Shown: positions 38,801 through 50,300 of the stretch, one piece after another
Layout of the letters: each line of letters starts with the position of its first letter
How positions within the stretch are numbered: the first letter of the stretch is position 1
Origin: Macrostomum lignano
Lineage: Eukaryota
Assembly: GCA_002269645.1 (NCBI GenBank)
Contig: NIVC01001514.1
Span: 136,253 to 200,252, forward strand
DNA length: 64,000 nt
Reading direction: 5' to 3'
Program-made: the position numbers and the translations under genes
Notes under the pieces: generated by a model
Seen by the model: only the letters and a program-made list of their open reading frames with translations
Told to the model about the DNA's origin: nothing
Databases searched by the model: none

Positions 38801-39375
38801 ATTGGCTCGAGGCCCACAAAGTGCGCCACGTGGCCCGCGCTGTCTTCGTCACGGATGCTCCGTTGCGCGCGGAAATCGTTGAACCAACCGATGCGGAAGC
38901 GAACCGAGGCGCCTGCGTCACGCATTTCGTTCACAGAATCGACGGCTACCGAAATCTGGCTCGGGTGATCGAACTGCCGACTACTACGAAGGCTTGCCCG
39001 CCAGACACCTGGGTGGTGCACATCACCCTGCCGCTGTCGCCAGGGGACGCCAGCTCGAGTCCTCGGCAGGCGTTCCTCGGCCTGACCTCGGCACTGTTCG
39101 CCACCGACGAGGACGACACCAGCCGGCCGCACGCGCTGCTGTCCGCCTTCTTCACCGTGAAGGACTACAGCGAGTCGATTCGTCACCGACAGCCGGGCCT
39201 GCCCGACAATGTCCACCTGGTGTCTGGCGCTGACTCCGACGTTGATTTTGACGGCAGTGTGCGCTGCGCCGACGAGGCCTTCCGCCGGATGTGCCCGGGC
39301 CGGCAGTTCCTGCCGTCGACTCCGCCGCACTCCATGTCGGAGAGTCCCGTCAGCGTGAACGCCGGCACAGTCTGA
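35877..39375 (+). CDS. CHM: Rab escort protein (REP, Rab geranylgeranyltransferase component A); exons 35877-36248 and 37981-39375; about 588 aa
   Basis: DVIVVGTG..E..LS..L.R....VLHLDANGYYG; REP-type insert; RRFNLDI; YGSNEIAEVFCRHSAVWGATFVLR; CPPDTWVVHIT; phase-0 intron (CGG|GTGAGT..TTCAG|CGG). Start may be the Met at 35892. Confidence 0.9.
36893..37133 (+). mobile_element. hAT/Charlie-like MITE with an internal CT-rich tract, in the REP intron; related copies in reverse orientation at about 36340-36560, 42620-43080 and 44600-44772
   Basis: End CAGGGGTCCGCAAACT; shared core GGGTCCTTTGAAACTTCAC..GCATCCGGGCCGCTC..TGTGTCTCTTCTCAGCTC in all copies; right end degenerate. Confidence 0.65.
37292..37742. 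mobile_element. Foldback element with modular inverted arms (CATCACAAGCTCGAAAA..) enclosing degenerate (TTAGGG)n
   Basis: Left arm about 37296-37450 mirrors right arm about 37600-37742; central TAGGGTTAGGG-type repeats at 37451-37598. Confidence 0.75.
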
Positions 39376-40077
39376 TTAACTGATTGATTTTTCGAGAATT
39401 GATTCTCATTTTCGAGAATCCAGATCAGAGAATTCCAAGAGAAATACACGCGGGTTTCAGTTCTGCATTTTAATTTGATAAACACACGGAGAAATATCGT
39501 CAAAGTTTTTTTTCAGGTCAACAAAACGCGTGGATGAGAACGTGCTCAAAATCATGGAGTTCAAGGCCGAGTATCTGGATATTAAGACGTGGCATTTTTT
39601 TAGAATTAGAATCTGGATTGAACGCTGCTAGCACCAGAGTTTTTGACGTAGACTAGGAAAATATTTTTGAATAAACTACATGTAGGTTTTGACCTTGTAT
39701 AGTTACTGTTGTAATCTTTTAAGGATAATGATATTTAAAGCAAAAAAGCATCCGTTCTGAAAGCCAGTTATCTAGACTAAGATATCCTATCTACTATGAG
39801 CTTTGGCTTAAAGCATTTGAGTATCTCCCATGAGCCACAGCAACTCAGCGATACCCCATGAGCCGGACATCTCAGCGATTCTCCCAATTAGCCTTGAAAT
39901 CTCGGCAATTCCCCCATGAGCCTTGACACTTCATTAATTCTCTCTGAGCGAAAGAATTCCAGCAATTCACCCCCTATCTATTATGAACCTTGATATCTTA
40001 GCAATTTCCTTAGTTTTTTTGTTTGACAAGGCGATTCTTTATGGTTGAACCCCAACTTAAACCATAGACCGAAACCC

Positions 40078-40270
40078 AACCCCCAAGGCACAGTAAAGTG
40101 TACGTGTACATGCCTAACGATAAATAAAGTTAGGGCCGCTGTACACTCCTGAGACTGCGTACGTATCCACGCGCCTGGGCAGTAATGCCTCTTGCTAGTT
40201 GTATGACAGGGTCGCTTATAAAATGCCCCAGGGCGCACTCGGCCCTCTGCCCCTAACTAATCTAACTAAA
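40078..40270 (+). mobile_element. 5'-truncated copy of the tRNA-derived SINE
   Basis: CCCCAAGGCACAGT..GTGTACATGCCTAACGAT..GTTAGGGCCGCTGTACACTCC core and 3' part match the 48400 copy. Confidence 0.75.
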
Positions 40271-40404
40271 AAGGGACCGCTGGATGTTATCGCTTGTATC
40301 AGGATGTAACTCTCTCGCGTCTATGGAAGAAGTATTCATATTTGAAGGCCTTCATTTGCAAGTAGATCTGAAGTTTCTTTGAGTTGTTTTTAAATATGCT
40401 TGGA

Positions 40405-41514
40405 CAGGGGCGTCGCCATGGATTACATGGTGGGGGGGGGACAAAGCCAAAAGTTCAACATGTGCATGACTAAATTCTTACATTTCCATTATTTTGAGAA
40501 TCGTATTGTCAGCGCTCATTTTGGCGCCGCAGGTTCTCATTTTAGCGCCGCAGGCACTCTTTAGCGCTGCAGGTAATCATTTTAGCGCCGCAGGTACTCA
40601 TTTTAGCGCCGCAGGTACTATTTTTAGCGCCGCAGGCACTCATTTTAGCGCCGCAGGTACTCATTTTAGCGCCGCAGGTACTCATTTTAGCGCCGCAGGC
40701 ACTCTTTTTAGCGCTGCAGGTAATCATTTTAGCGCCGCAGGTAATCATTTTAGCGCCGCAGGTACTCATTTTAGCGCCGCAGGTACTCATTTTAGCGCCG
40801 CAGGTACTCATTTTAGCGCCGCAGGTATTCATTTTGGCGCCGCAGGTACTCATTTTAGCGCCGCAGACACTCATTTTAGCACCGCAGGTACTCATTTTAG
40901 CGCCGCAGGTACTCATTTTAGCGCCGCAGGTACTCATTTTAGCGCCGCAGGCACTCTTTTTAGCGCTGCAGGTAATCATTTTAGCGCTGCAGGTAATCAT
41001 TTAAGCGCCGCAGGTACTCATTTAAACGCCGCAGGTACTCATTTTAGCGCCGCAGGCACTCTTTTTAGCGCTGCAGGTAATCATTTTAGCGCCGCAGGTA
41101 ATCATTTTAGCGCCGCAGGTACTCATTTTAGCGCCGCAGGTAATCATTTTAGCGCCGCAGGTACTCATTTTAGCGCCGCAAGCACATTTTGGCGCCGCAG
41201 GCACATTTTGGCACCCGCAGGCACTCATTTTGGCGCCGCAGGTACTCATTTTAGCGCCGCAGGTACTCATTTTAGCGCCGCAGGCACTCATTTTAGCGCC
41301 GCAGGTACTCATTTTAGCGCCGCAAGCACATTTTGGCGCCGCAGGCACTCATTTTGGCGCCGAATGCGCTATATTTCGGCGCCCTGAAGAAAAATTTTTG
41401 ATCTCCACAACGGGTCACAAGGTGGGGTGGGGGGACAAAGCATTGGCATGTCACCCCCAAAGCTTTTACCGGGTGCGGGACATGTCCCCCTGTCCCCCGG
41501 TGGCGACGCGCCTG
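40405..41514 (+). mobile_element. hAT-type MITE with the internal 21-nt repeat GCGCCGCAGGTACTCATTTTA expanded to about 40 copies
   Basis: TIRs CAGGGGCGTCGCCA / TGGCGACGCGCCTG; perfect 8-bp TSD TGCTTGGA at 40397-40404 and 41515-41522. Confidence 0.92.
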
Positions 41515-42199
41515 TGCTTGGATCGGGAAAAGGAGTTTTATGTCCATGAACGCTACACTGGAGTATCTTAGAAATGAGCTGGAAGCATGTAGTTAGGAGT
41601 TATTTTTTTGTCATTTAGTATTGCTCTCGAGAAATAAATTAGCACACTGTGTGCACACAGTTCAGTTGCGTACGCTGCTGTTTATTTATTTTTAATCTTG
41701 AAAAACAACTACGAGAGTTTATGAAGCAGCATCCTGAATGCTATGCGAGTGTTGACAACTATTTACAGTGCAATTCAAAACAGATGCTATTGTGCTATTG
41801 TGAGTTGTTTAATAAAGCTCATGCTGTGAGGGTACAGGTGTCTATAGATGGTAAATAATTATGGAGAAATAATTGATACTTGCTCATAAACAAAATGAGT
41901 CAAAGCTACGTAAAAGAATAACAGTTTTTTGTCCGTCCGTCTGTCTGTCTGTCTGTCTAACATCCGGTTTGTAAAGAACCTGCCCCAGGGACCTCAAGGA
42001 ACGCCTCGTAGATTGGCAAACAACAAGCTGATGTCTGAAATGTGGCGCAGGGGTCAAGAGCTAACGCAAATGCGGATTGGCATGGCTGAAATTCAATATA
42101 TTTTTAGGGCCGGATGTTTTTAAAAGCAGCAACAAGGATGTGAGGTTAAGAGTTTCGTTATCGGGCCCATGGACACGAAAAATAGGACGTTGTAAATTT

Positions 42200-42490
42200 C
42201 GCAAATCCTTTCCCCGCTCTCCACAGGGCTTGGACTCAACCGCAGGGACATCAACCTCTCGGGTCATGGCTGTTTTGCCACGCATCGTCACCTCCAGGGA
42301 AAAAATCTGTAGCAACGAATGTACTTTCTGCCTCTCCGGTGTCGAGAATGCGGATCACTTCATCTGTGAATGCCCCGCCTTTACTCAGGACAGGCTCACC
42401 TATCTCGGCCCAAACCCGGACCTCTCCAACCTTTTCAGGCCCGAGAATCTCCCGCCAGCTTTTCCGCTACCTAAGGGCTACCGGGCGAGC
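42200..42490 (+). mobile_element. Decayed 3' end of a non-LTR retrotransposon ORF2 (C-terminal CCHC zinc knuckle)
   Basis: LSGHGCF, then CTFCLSGVENADHFICECPAF..R (C-x2-C-x8-H-x4-C), then LFRYLRATGR in a shifted frame; motifs joined only across frameshifts; no RT core seen. Confidence 0.65.
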
Positions 42491-42639
42491 GACCATCCAC
42501 CTTCTGGACTCTCCGGAGGGGGACCGCGCTGCGGACACCGGCACCAGCGGATCTCTCTGCGCGAGAACTCCGGATTTCCCAAAAAAGAAGAGAGGAAACG
42601 AGAGGAGCGATGAACTTGGAGACAAGATTAGAGGAAAGG

Positions 42640-42975
<336 letters not shown>

Positions 42976-43320
42976 GAGAAGAGACACAAGCCTTGAGCGG
43001 GCCGGATTGCTGTAGTGAAGTTTCAAAGGACCCGAAGCACGGATAGAGAGGCTTTGCGGGCTGCAGTTTTCGGACCCCAGTTTTACTTTAGTAGGCCATG
43101 AGATTGCAGCTGTGATGACAGAAGCACTTTTCAGTGCACTCGCTCTGCTGCACAACCGACAGTATAATTAATGAGATTAGCGCATAATAGCGCAATTACA
43201 TACTCTTAGGTACTTTCATTCGATCGCGTTTTCAAATCTTCAGTTTTTTTCGAAGGAGTTACTGGAGTACAAAATATAGTTAAGCCCCCACGCGTGACAA
43301 AGAGCCTGTAAGGCCGGGCT

Positions 43321-44128
43321 CTAAGCGCACAGCAGACGCCTCCCCGCTGTATCCGGATGCCCGAAGCCCCCCGCAGCTGAGTCAAGGAAGTCAAGTCGCT
43401 GCTTTGCCAATCGGGAAGTTCAAAAGAAGAGACAAATGTTTGGTACAATGCGCACCAATCTGCTCAATTGGCGCCAGTGCCCATGCCCTTGTCCGTATGG
43501 TTCGCATACTCACCTGTCAGTCTCTCGTAGATCACGTGACAAGCGTACTCACCTGTCAGTCTCTCGTAGATCACGTGACAAGCGTACTCACCTGTTAGTC
43601 TCTCGTAGATCACGTGACAAGCGTACTCACCTGTTAGTCTCTCGTAGATCACGTGACAAGCGTACTCACCTGTTAGTCTCTCGTAAATCACGTGACAAGC
43701 GCACTCGGTCGCCTCCTGATAATCTGCGCAGGCGAATCTCCGACCATAGCCGTTCAGCCGGTCAACGGTAGCGCTGCTGTCTCCGGCCGTCAGCAGCAGC
43801 ACCAGGTCGCCAGCCGGGTAGTCCAGCACCTGCTGACAGGCGGTGGCGCAGCCGCCAGACTGCCTGCAGCCGGAGTCAATCAGCAGCAGGCAGTCTACCG
43901 GCCTGAACTGGCGCTGTTCACTGAGCCAGCCGAGACTGACGCAGTGAATTTTGCAGTGCCGATTGGGATTGTCAATTTTGTACACTCGCTCCAATCTTTG
44001 CAAGATTCTCTGCTTCAAACTGGCCAGCTGCTTACTGACCTCTTCATCGCCCAGGCAGTAGGCGGCCGAGGCGGCTGGGGTGAGCACGAGCAGAAAGCTT
44101 GCCACAGCTCTACACTCTACAGCTGCTC
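43321..44128 (-). CDS. Partial gene: phase 1-1 exon 44128-43670 (alpha/beta, possibly TIR-like) plus putative last exon 43376-43321; 5' end unknown
   Basis: Open GC-rich frame with acceptor TCGCTAG|GA and donor CAG|GTGAGT; downstream acceptor CTTGACTCAG gives an in-frame exon to TAG; pattern FLLVLTP / KIHCVSLG / VDCLLLIDS / DLVLLLTAG resembles a BCAP-type TIR by eye only. Confidence 0.45.
43505..43700. repeat. 39-nt tandem repeat, 5 copies, each containing a minus-strand CAG|GTGAGT donor and a TCACGTGA palindrome
   Basis: Donor GT at 43669, 43630, 43591, 43552 and 43513. Confidence 0.93.
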
Positions 44129-45164
44129 CTAGCGAACAGCTGACCCATGACAATTGATCTTCAACGTTTGTCTTTCCTGAAAGCAATGCGCAAATCTTAT
44201 AGCGCTTGCTGCATTGTGCAGTATCAGTGATAGTGCACTGTCTCTCTCTCCAGTGTATGGATGCTAATTTACGTTTTGTAAAAAGGTGCAGAAGCTTTGA
44301 GATTGGGTTACAACAGGGATGCAAAGATATGTTTAAGAAAGTAGAAATTCAGCACTACTTTCAAATACAGTACAAGTCTATGGTAAAAACCCATCTAAGG
44401 CTATGCAAAGAAGGCAGCAACTAAGAAATCCGTTTATATAGAAAAAGTGCAACTGTAGGTGAACCTGTGATTAAAACTAGATTTGGAAGCCGAAAAACTG
44501 GGGAGATAAATATTGGGAATTTTGCGATAAACACCTGAAAAGTTCCCATCTAGCAAAATTCAAGTGAATAACCTCAAAAGCCAGATAGAGAACCAGATAA
44601 GAGCATTGTTGCCAGTCAGAGGAGGGGAGAGAGAAGAGGGAAAAGAGAAGAGAGGGGAGATTAGAGACAGAAGAGACACAAGCCTTTAGCGGGCCGGATT
44701 GCTGTTGTGAAGTTTCAAAGGACCCGAGGCCCGAATAGAGAGGCTTTGCGGGCTGGAGTTTTCGGACCCCAGTTTTACTTTAGTAGGCCATGAGATTTCA
44801 GCTGGGATGACAGAAGCACTTTTCAGTGCACTCGCTCTGCTGCACAACAGACGGTCAGACAGTATATTTAATGAGATTTGCGCATAAGTACGTAGGTACT
44901 TTCATTCGATCCAATTTTTCATATCTTAGGTCCTTCGAAGGGGTTTATTGGAGTGCAAGATAGTCAAGCCCCTACGCGTGACTGAGAGCCTAGATAGGGC
45001 CGGGCTCTGGGCGCCCACGCTATTAATTACGCGCGTCACTGCCAGCTGTCACTCATTCTGAGCTGTAATTGCTAAGAAGATATGTCATTTACTCGTATTT
45101 GATAGTGCGGCAGTTTTAATAAAATTTTTATTTGATCAATTCCAAGCCTTGGTACAGCGTTACG

Positions 45165-46075
45165 CAAGGTTAAGTCAGAATGGCGCCTAGTCAGAGAATG
45201 GCGGACAGTCAAAGAATGGCATCCAGTTAGAGAATGGCGCCTAGTCAAAGAATGGCATCCAGTTAGAGAATGGCGCCTAGTCAGAGAATGGCACCCAGTC
45301 AGAGAATGGCGCCTAGTCAGAGAATGGCGGACAGTCAGAGAAAGGCGCCTGGTCAAAGAATGGCACCCAGTTAGAGAATGACGCCTAGTCAGAGAATGGC
45401 GCCCAGTTAGAGAATGGCGCCTAGTTAGAAAATAGCGCTTAGTCAGAGAATGGCGCCTATTCATAGAATAGCGCCTAGTCAGAGAATGGCGCCTGGTCAG
45501 AGAATGGCACCCAGTTAGAGAATGGCGCCTAGTCAGAGAATGGCACCCAGTTAGAGAATGGCGCCTAGTCAGAGAATGGCACCCAGTTAGAGAATGGCGC
45601 CTAGTCAGAGAATGGCACCCAGTTAGAGAATGGCGCCTAGTCAGAGAATGGCGGACAGTCAGAGAATGGCGCCCAGTTAGAGGATGGCGCCCAGTTAGAG
45701 AATGGCACCCAGTTAGAGAATGACGCCTAGTCAGAGAATGGCGCCCAGTTAGAGAATGGGGCCCAGTTAGAGAATGGCGCCCAGTTAGAGAATGGCGCCC
45801 AGTTAGAGAATGGGGCCCAGTTGGTTAGAGAATGGCGCCCAGTTAGAGAATGGCGCCCAGTTAGAGAATGGCACCCAATTAGAGAATGGCGCCTAGTCAG
45901 AGAATTGCGGACAGGCAGAGAATGGCGCCTGGTCAGAGAATAGCACCCAGTTAGAGAATGGCGCCCAGTTAGAGAATGGCGCCCAGTTAGAGAATGGCAC
46001 CCAGTTAGAGAATGGCACCCAGTTAGAGAATGGCGCCCAGTTAGAGAATGGCACCCAGTTACAGAATGGCACTAA
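45165..46075. repeat. 18-nt minisatellite CAGTTAGAGAATGGCGCC
   Basis: Tandem copies. Confidence 0.93.
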
Positions 46076-46559
46076 GTTCAGCTGAAACTCTGGCTCCGGA
46101 ATCCCCAGCATTGCAGGCATATGTAAGTCAATAAAGACAATCTTTAAACATAACTACAACTGCATGCATGGTCCAATGCATTTTAATGAAAATTTGGCAT
46201 CTAAATATTATTATACTGGAATGAATGAAAATTAACTTAGTTGGCATGGAGTGATGGGAGTTCGTCAACAATATGCGGAAGCGCCACTAATTGCTAGTTA
46301 GTACGGCAATATAATATTGAAAGAATATGGGCGCATTAGATCGCCTAAGAGAGATAATCTGCATTGGAGTGTACACATATGTACAGGCACGACCGTACGC
46401 TCTCTGCCAGGGTGCTCGTATCGGGCTAAATTAGAATCACCTCATACGCTGTTCGTACGAGGCAGAGAGAGCTATTCAAACAGTTCCTTGACTCACTGGG
46501 TCCGGTGTGGAAGGTCAATCAGGTGGGCGAGGTGAATTAAGTGATTCCATTGGGTCAGT

Positions 46560-47272
46560 TAGGTAAAGTGGGTCAGGTGGTCGAGGGGGTCAGGCGGGTA
46601 GAGTGGGTCAGATGGGTCGAGTGGGTCAGGTGGGTCGAGGTGAATCAAGTGATTCAGGTGAAGTGGGTCAAGTGGGTCAGGTAAGTCGAGGGGGTCAGGT
46701 GGGTCGAGTGGGTCAGTTGGGTAGAGTGGGTCAGGTGGGTAGAGTGGGTCAGGTGTGTCGAGGTGAATCAAGTGATACAGGTGAAGTGGGTGAAATGGGT
46801 CAGGTAAGTCAAGGGGGTCAGGTGGGTCAAGTGGGTCAGCTGGTTAGAGTGGGCCAGGTGCGCCGAACGGGTCAGGTGGGTCGAGCGGGTCAGGTGGGTC
46901 GAGCGGGTCAGGTGGGTCGAGCGGGTCAGGTGGGTCGAGCGGGTCAGGTGGGTCGAGCGGGTCAGGTGGGTCGAGCGGGTCAGGTGGGTCGAGCGGGTCA
47001 GGTGGGTCGAGCGGGTCAGGTGGGTCGAGCGGGTCAGGTGGGTCGAGCGGGTCAGGTGGGTCGAGCGGGTCAGGTGGGTCGAGCGGGTCAGGTGGGTCGA
47101 GCGGGTCAGGTGGGTCGAGCGGGTCAGGTGGGTCGAGCGGGTCAGGTGGGTCGAGCGGGTCAGGTGGGTCGAGCGGGTCAGGTGGGTCGAGCGGGTCAGG
47201 TGGGTCGAGCGGGTCAGGTGGGTCGAGCGGGTCAGGTGGGTCGAGCGGGTCAGGTGGGTCGAGCGGGTCAGG
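46560..47272. repeat. 18-nt minisatellite GGGTCAGGTGGGTCGAGC; degenerate left part, perfect from about 46870
   Basis: Tandem copies. Confidence 0.95.
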
Positions 47273-47366
47273 TTTTTTAATCAACAATTGAACATCCCGC
47301 TCTCCCCCCACGGTTTGCATAGCAACACAATACAGCAAGAGCCTGACTGTTTTGCCGTCAAGCGCA

Positions 47367-50300
47367 TCAAAGCAGCTCCGGCAGCTGCAGCAGGCCAACA
47401 ATGTCTAGAATGTCCAGCAGGCCGGGCGCTAGCAAACTCTGCGCCTCGGATTCGTGCGCCAGCGCAATGATATCCCCTGCTCGAGTCGGACAGGCGCCGT
47501 TGTTGCGCATAAAATAGCGCGTCAACCAAGCGGCGAGGTGAGGCGGGCTGTAGCCGAAGCTGGCGGCCAGGCTGAGGCCGCAGCCGCCAAGTAGGCAGCC
47601 GCGCAGTTTCCGCAACGCCCGCGCGTAGCGTTTAGCGTCGCCGATGGCGTCCAGCCGTTCGGCGAGGCGGCGAATTCCGAGGCCGCCGGCGCCAGCGCCG
47701 CTCCTGGAGACGGCGCGGGCCAGGGCGCAGAGCCGGGCGTAGTAGCAGTTTGGACTCGCCCGACGGTGCCGCCGGAGTGGTTCGTCATCGTGATCGCTGC
47801 CAGCTGCTCCCAGACCGCAGCGGTCGGTCAGCTCGATGTCGTCGAAGCGATCAACAAAAGTGTCTCTTGATGACGACGACGACGGCGGCGGCAGCTCTTC
47901 CGTCGTCGACGCTGTCGGGGAGACGCGGACGCAGCAGTGGAAGCAGACGAGGCTGCCGTCGCCCGGTCCCAGGTGGACGAATCCCGCCTTGGCGAGGCTG
48001 AGCGATGACGGCGAGGTCGATGGCGAGGTTGACGAGGGCAGGGTGGAGAGGCGGTCGGCCAGCAGGGTGTACTGAGGCAGCACGGAGGCCGTGAGGGTCA
48101 GCACGAGGCATCCTGAGAAGGGAAGTACGCAACGGAGTTGCCATGGAGATGACTTTTTAGCCGATAATTAATTGTGTTTTTAATTTTAAAAGAGAAGTTT
48201 CCATGGAAACCCCAATGAGTTGCCATGGAAACAACCTATACTACGAGGGGTGTCCCAGAAGTAGTGTCACTTTTGCTTCCTTCCACAAGTATTAATGTAT
48301 GTTTAAAAAATCATGCCTTAAAAGTTAGCGGCTTTTTTTAGCTTTCATGCCACGAGAGTCCGATTTTTATAAGTGCTTCCTGCTGTAAGCAGCATGCATA
48401 AGGGGGGCCGTAGCCCAGCAGTCTAGCGCAGGCTCTGGTGTGCCAGTGACCCAGGCTCGATTCCAAGTGCATTCATATTAATTTCGGGCTGAATTGGAAT
48501 CTTGGCTTGGCTCTGCTCGTGCAATTAACGGCCTTGAGAGCCAACCCCCCAAGGCGCAGTGAAGTGTACATGCCTAACGATAATATAAAGTTAGGGCCGC
48601 TGTACACTCCTGTGTGAGTGTGTGCCTGCGTACGTATCCGCGCGCGTGTATGCCTGCTCAGGGGAGTCGGCGGAATGGGCAGCAATGCCTCTCGCCGGTT
48701 GTGTGCCTATGTCGCTTAAAGTGCGCCAGGGTGCACACAACCCCCTGCCTCTAATAAAAAAAACCAGCATGCATTTATTCGCATACCCTTGGCCATAGAA
48801 ATACACACCGCATGGTGCTTCTATGCTCACTCAGAAGAAAGCCACAAGTAGAGCTGATTAAGCACAGAGTTGCGAGACAGCAGCTGCAGGATTTGTTCCA
48901 GTCATGGACCCTAACTTTTGGATAAGTTGGCAACACACTGCCGGCCAGCCTCGAACTGTTCGATCCACCTGTAAACTGTTCGTTGACTGATGGCATCGGG
49001 AGTCGGCACCGTCAATGCGGGTCAGGTTTTCGTGAATTTCAGGGCATTTCTGACCAAGACTTCGCCCTTCTGTAGAGTGAATGTTAGGGTCCATGACTGG
49101 AACTAATCTTGCAGCTGCTGTCTGGCAACTCAGTGCTTGATCAGCTCTACTTGTGGCTTTCTTCTGAGTGAGCATAGAAGCACTATGCGATGTGCATTTC
49201 TATGGCCAAGGGTATGCGAATAAATGCATGCTGCTTACAGCAGGAAGCACTTATAAAAATCGGACTCTCGTGGCATGAAAGCTAAAATAAGCCGCTAACT
49301 TTAAAGACATGATTTTTTAAACACGCATTAATACTTGTGGAAGGAAGCAAAAGTGACACTACTTCTGGGACACCCATCGTATTTCGTACGAGTAAATATG
49401 ATCTGTCGGGATGTTGTTTTTTCTGTGTGACTATTTTTAGAACCCAAGGCCAGTCCAGCGCTGACATGGTTTATTTAACGCGAATCGTTGGCTGCCAAGT
49501 GTGCGGTTAGCATATCAAGGAATAAAAATACGCAGACGGTTTTACGAGGTTCATGAATTTTCAGGCCTCCGGGATTCAGTACGCTCATAGCAGCGTACGC
49601 TACATCTGATAAGAGCGGCATCCGTGATGTTGCTAGCTAAATACTCGGGCTGGGACCGACTTGTTCCCAAAATAGCTTGAAGTAAGACGTGCGGAGAAAT
49701 GTACTGCACAACAAATTCTCGATAACTTCTGTACAAATTCTTTACAACTGACATGAAATAGTATTGATGTGTTTATATTCCTGAATGAATTTTATCTATA
49801 TTTCACCCTGTTTTGTCGGCTGTTTTTAAATATTTCAGATTTTTCAAAATCTTTGTTTATTAATCCTTTCTTTCAACTTTCCTGCCAGACCGCTCTCCCC
49901 CTTTTTCCCAATCTCCCAGTTCCCGCTCTCCCCTTTCTGATTCTCCCCAATCTCCCAGTTCCCGCTCTCCCCTTTCTGATTCTCCCCAATCTCCCAGTTC
50001 CCGCTCTCCCCTTTCTAATTCTCCCCAATCTCCCAGTTCTTGCTCTCCCCTTTCTAATTCTCCCCAATCTCCCAGTTCCGCTCTCCCCTTTCTAATTCTC
50101 CCCAATCTCCCAGTTCTTGCTCTCCCCTTTCTAATTCTCCCCAATCTCCAGTTCCGCTCTCCCCTTTCTAATTCTCCCCAATCTTCCAGTTCTTGCTCTC
50201 CCCTTTCTAATTCTCCCCAATCTCCCAGTTCTTGCTCTCCCCTTTCTAATTCTCCCCAATCTCCCAGTTCCGCTCTCCCCTTTCCAATTCTCCCCAATCT

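Noticed and set aside
47281-47420. RING finger after the UBA-like domain (CCSCRSC in another frame)
   Set aside because: No RING ligand spacing and no in-frame or splice connection
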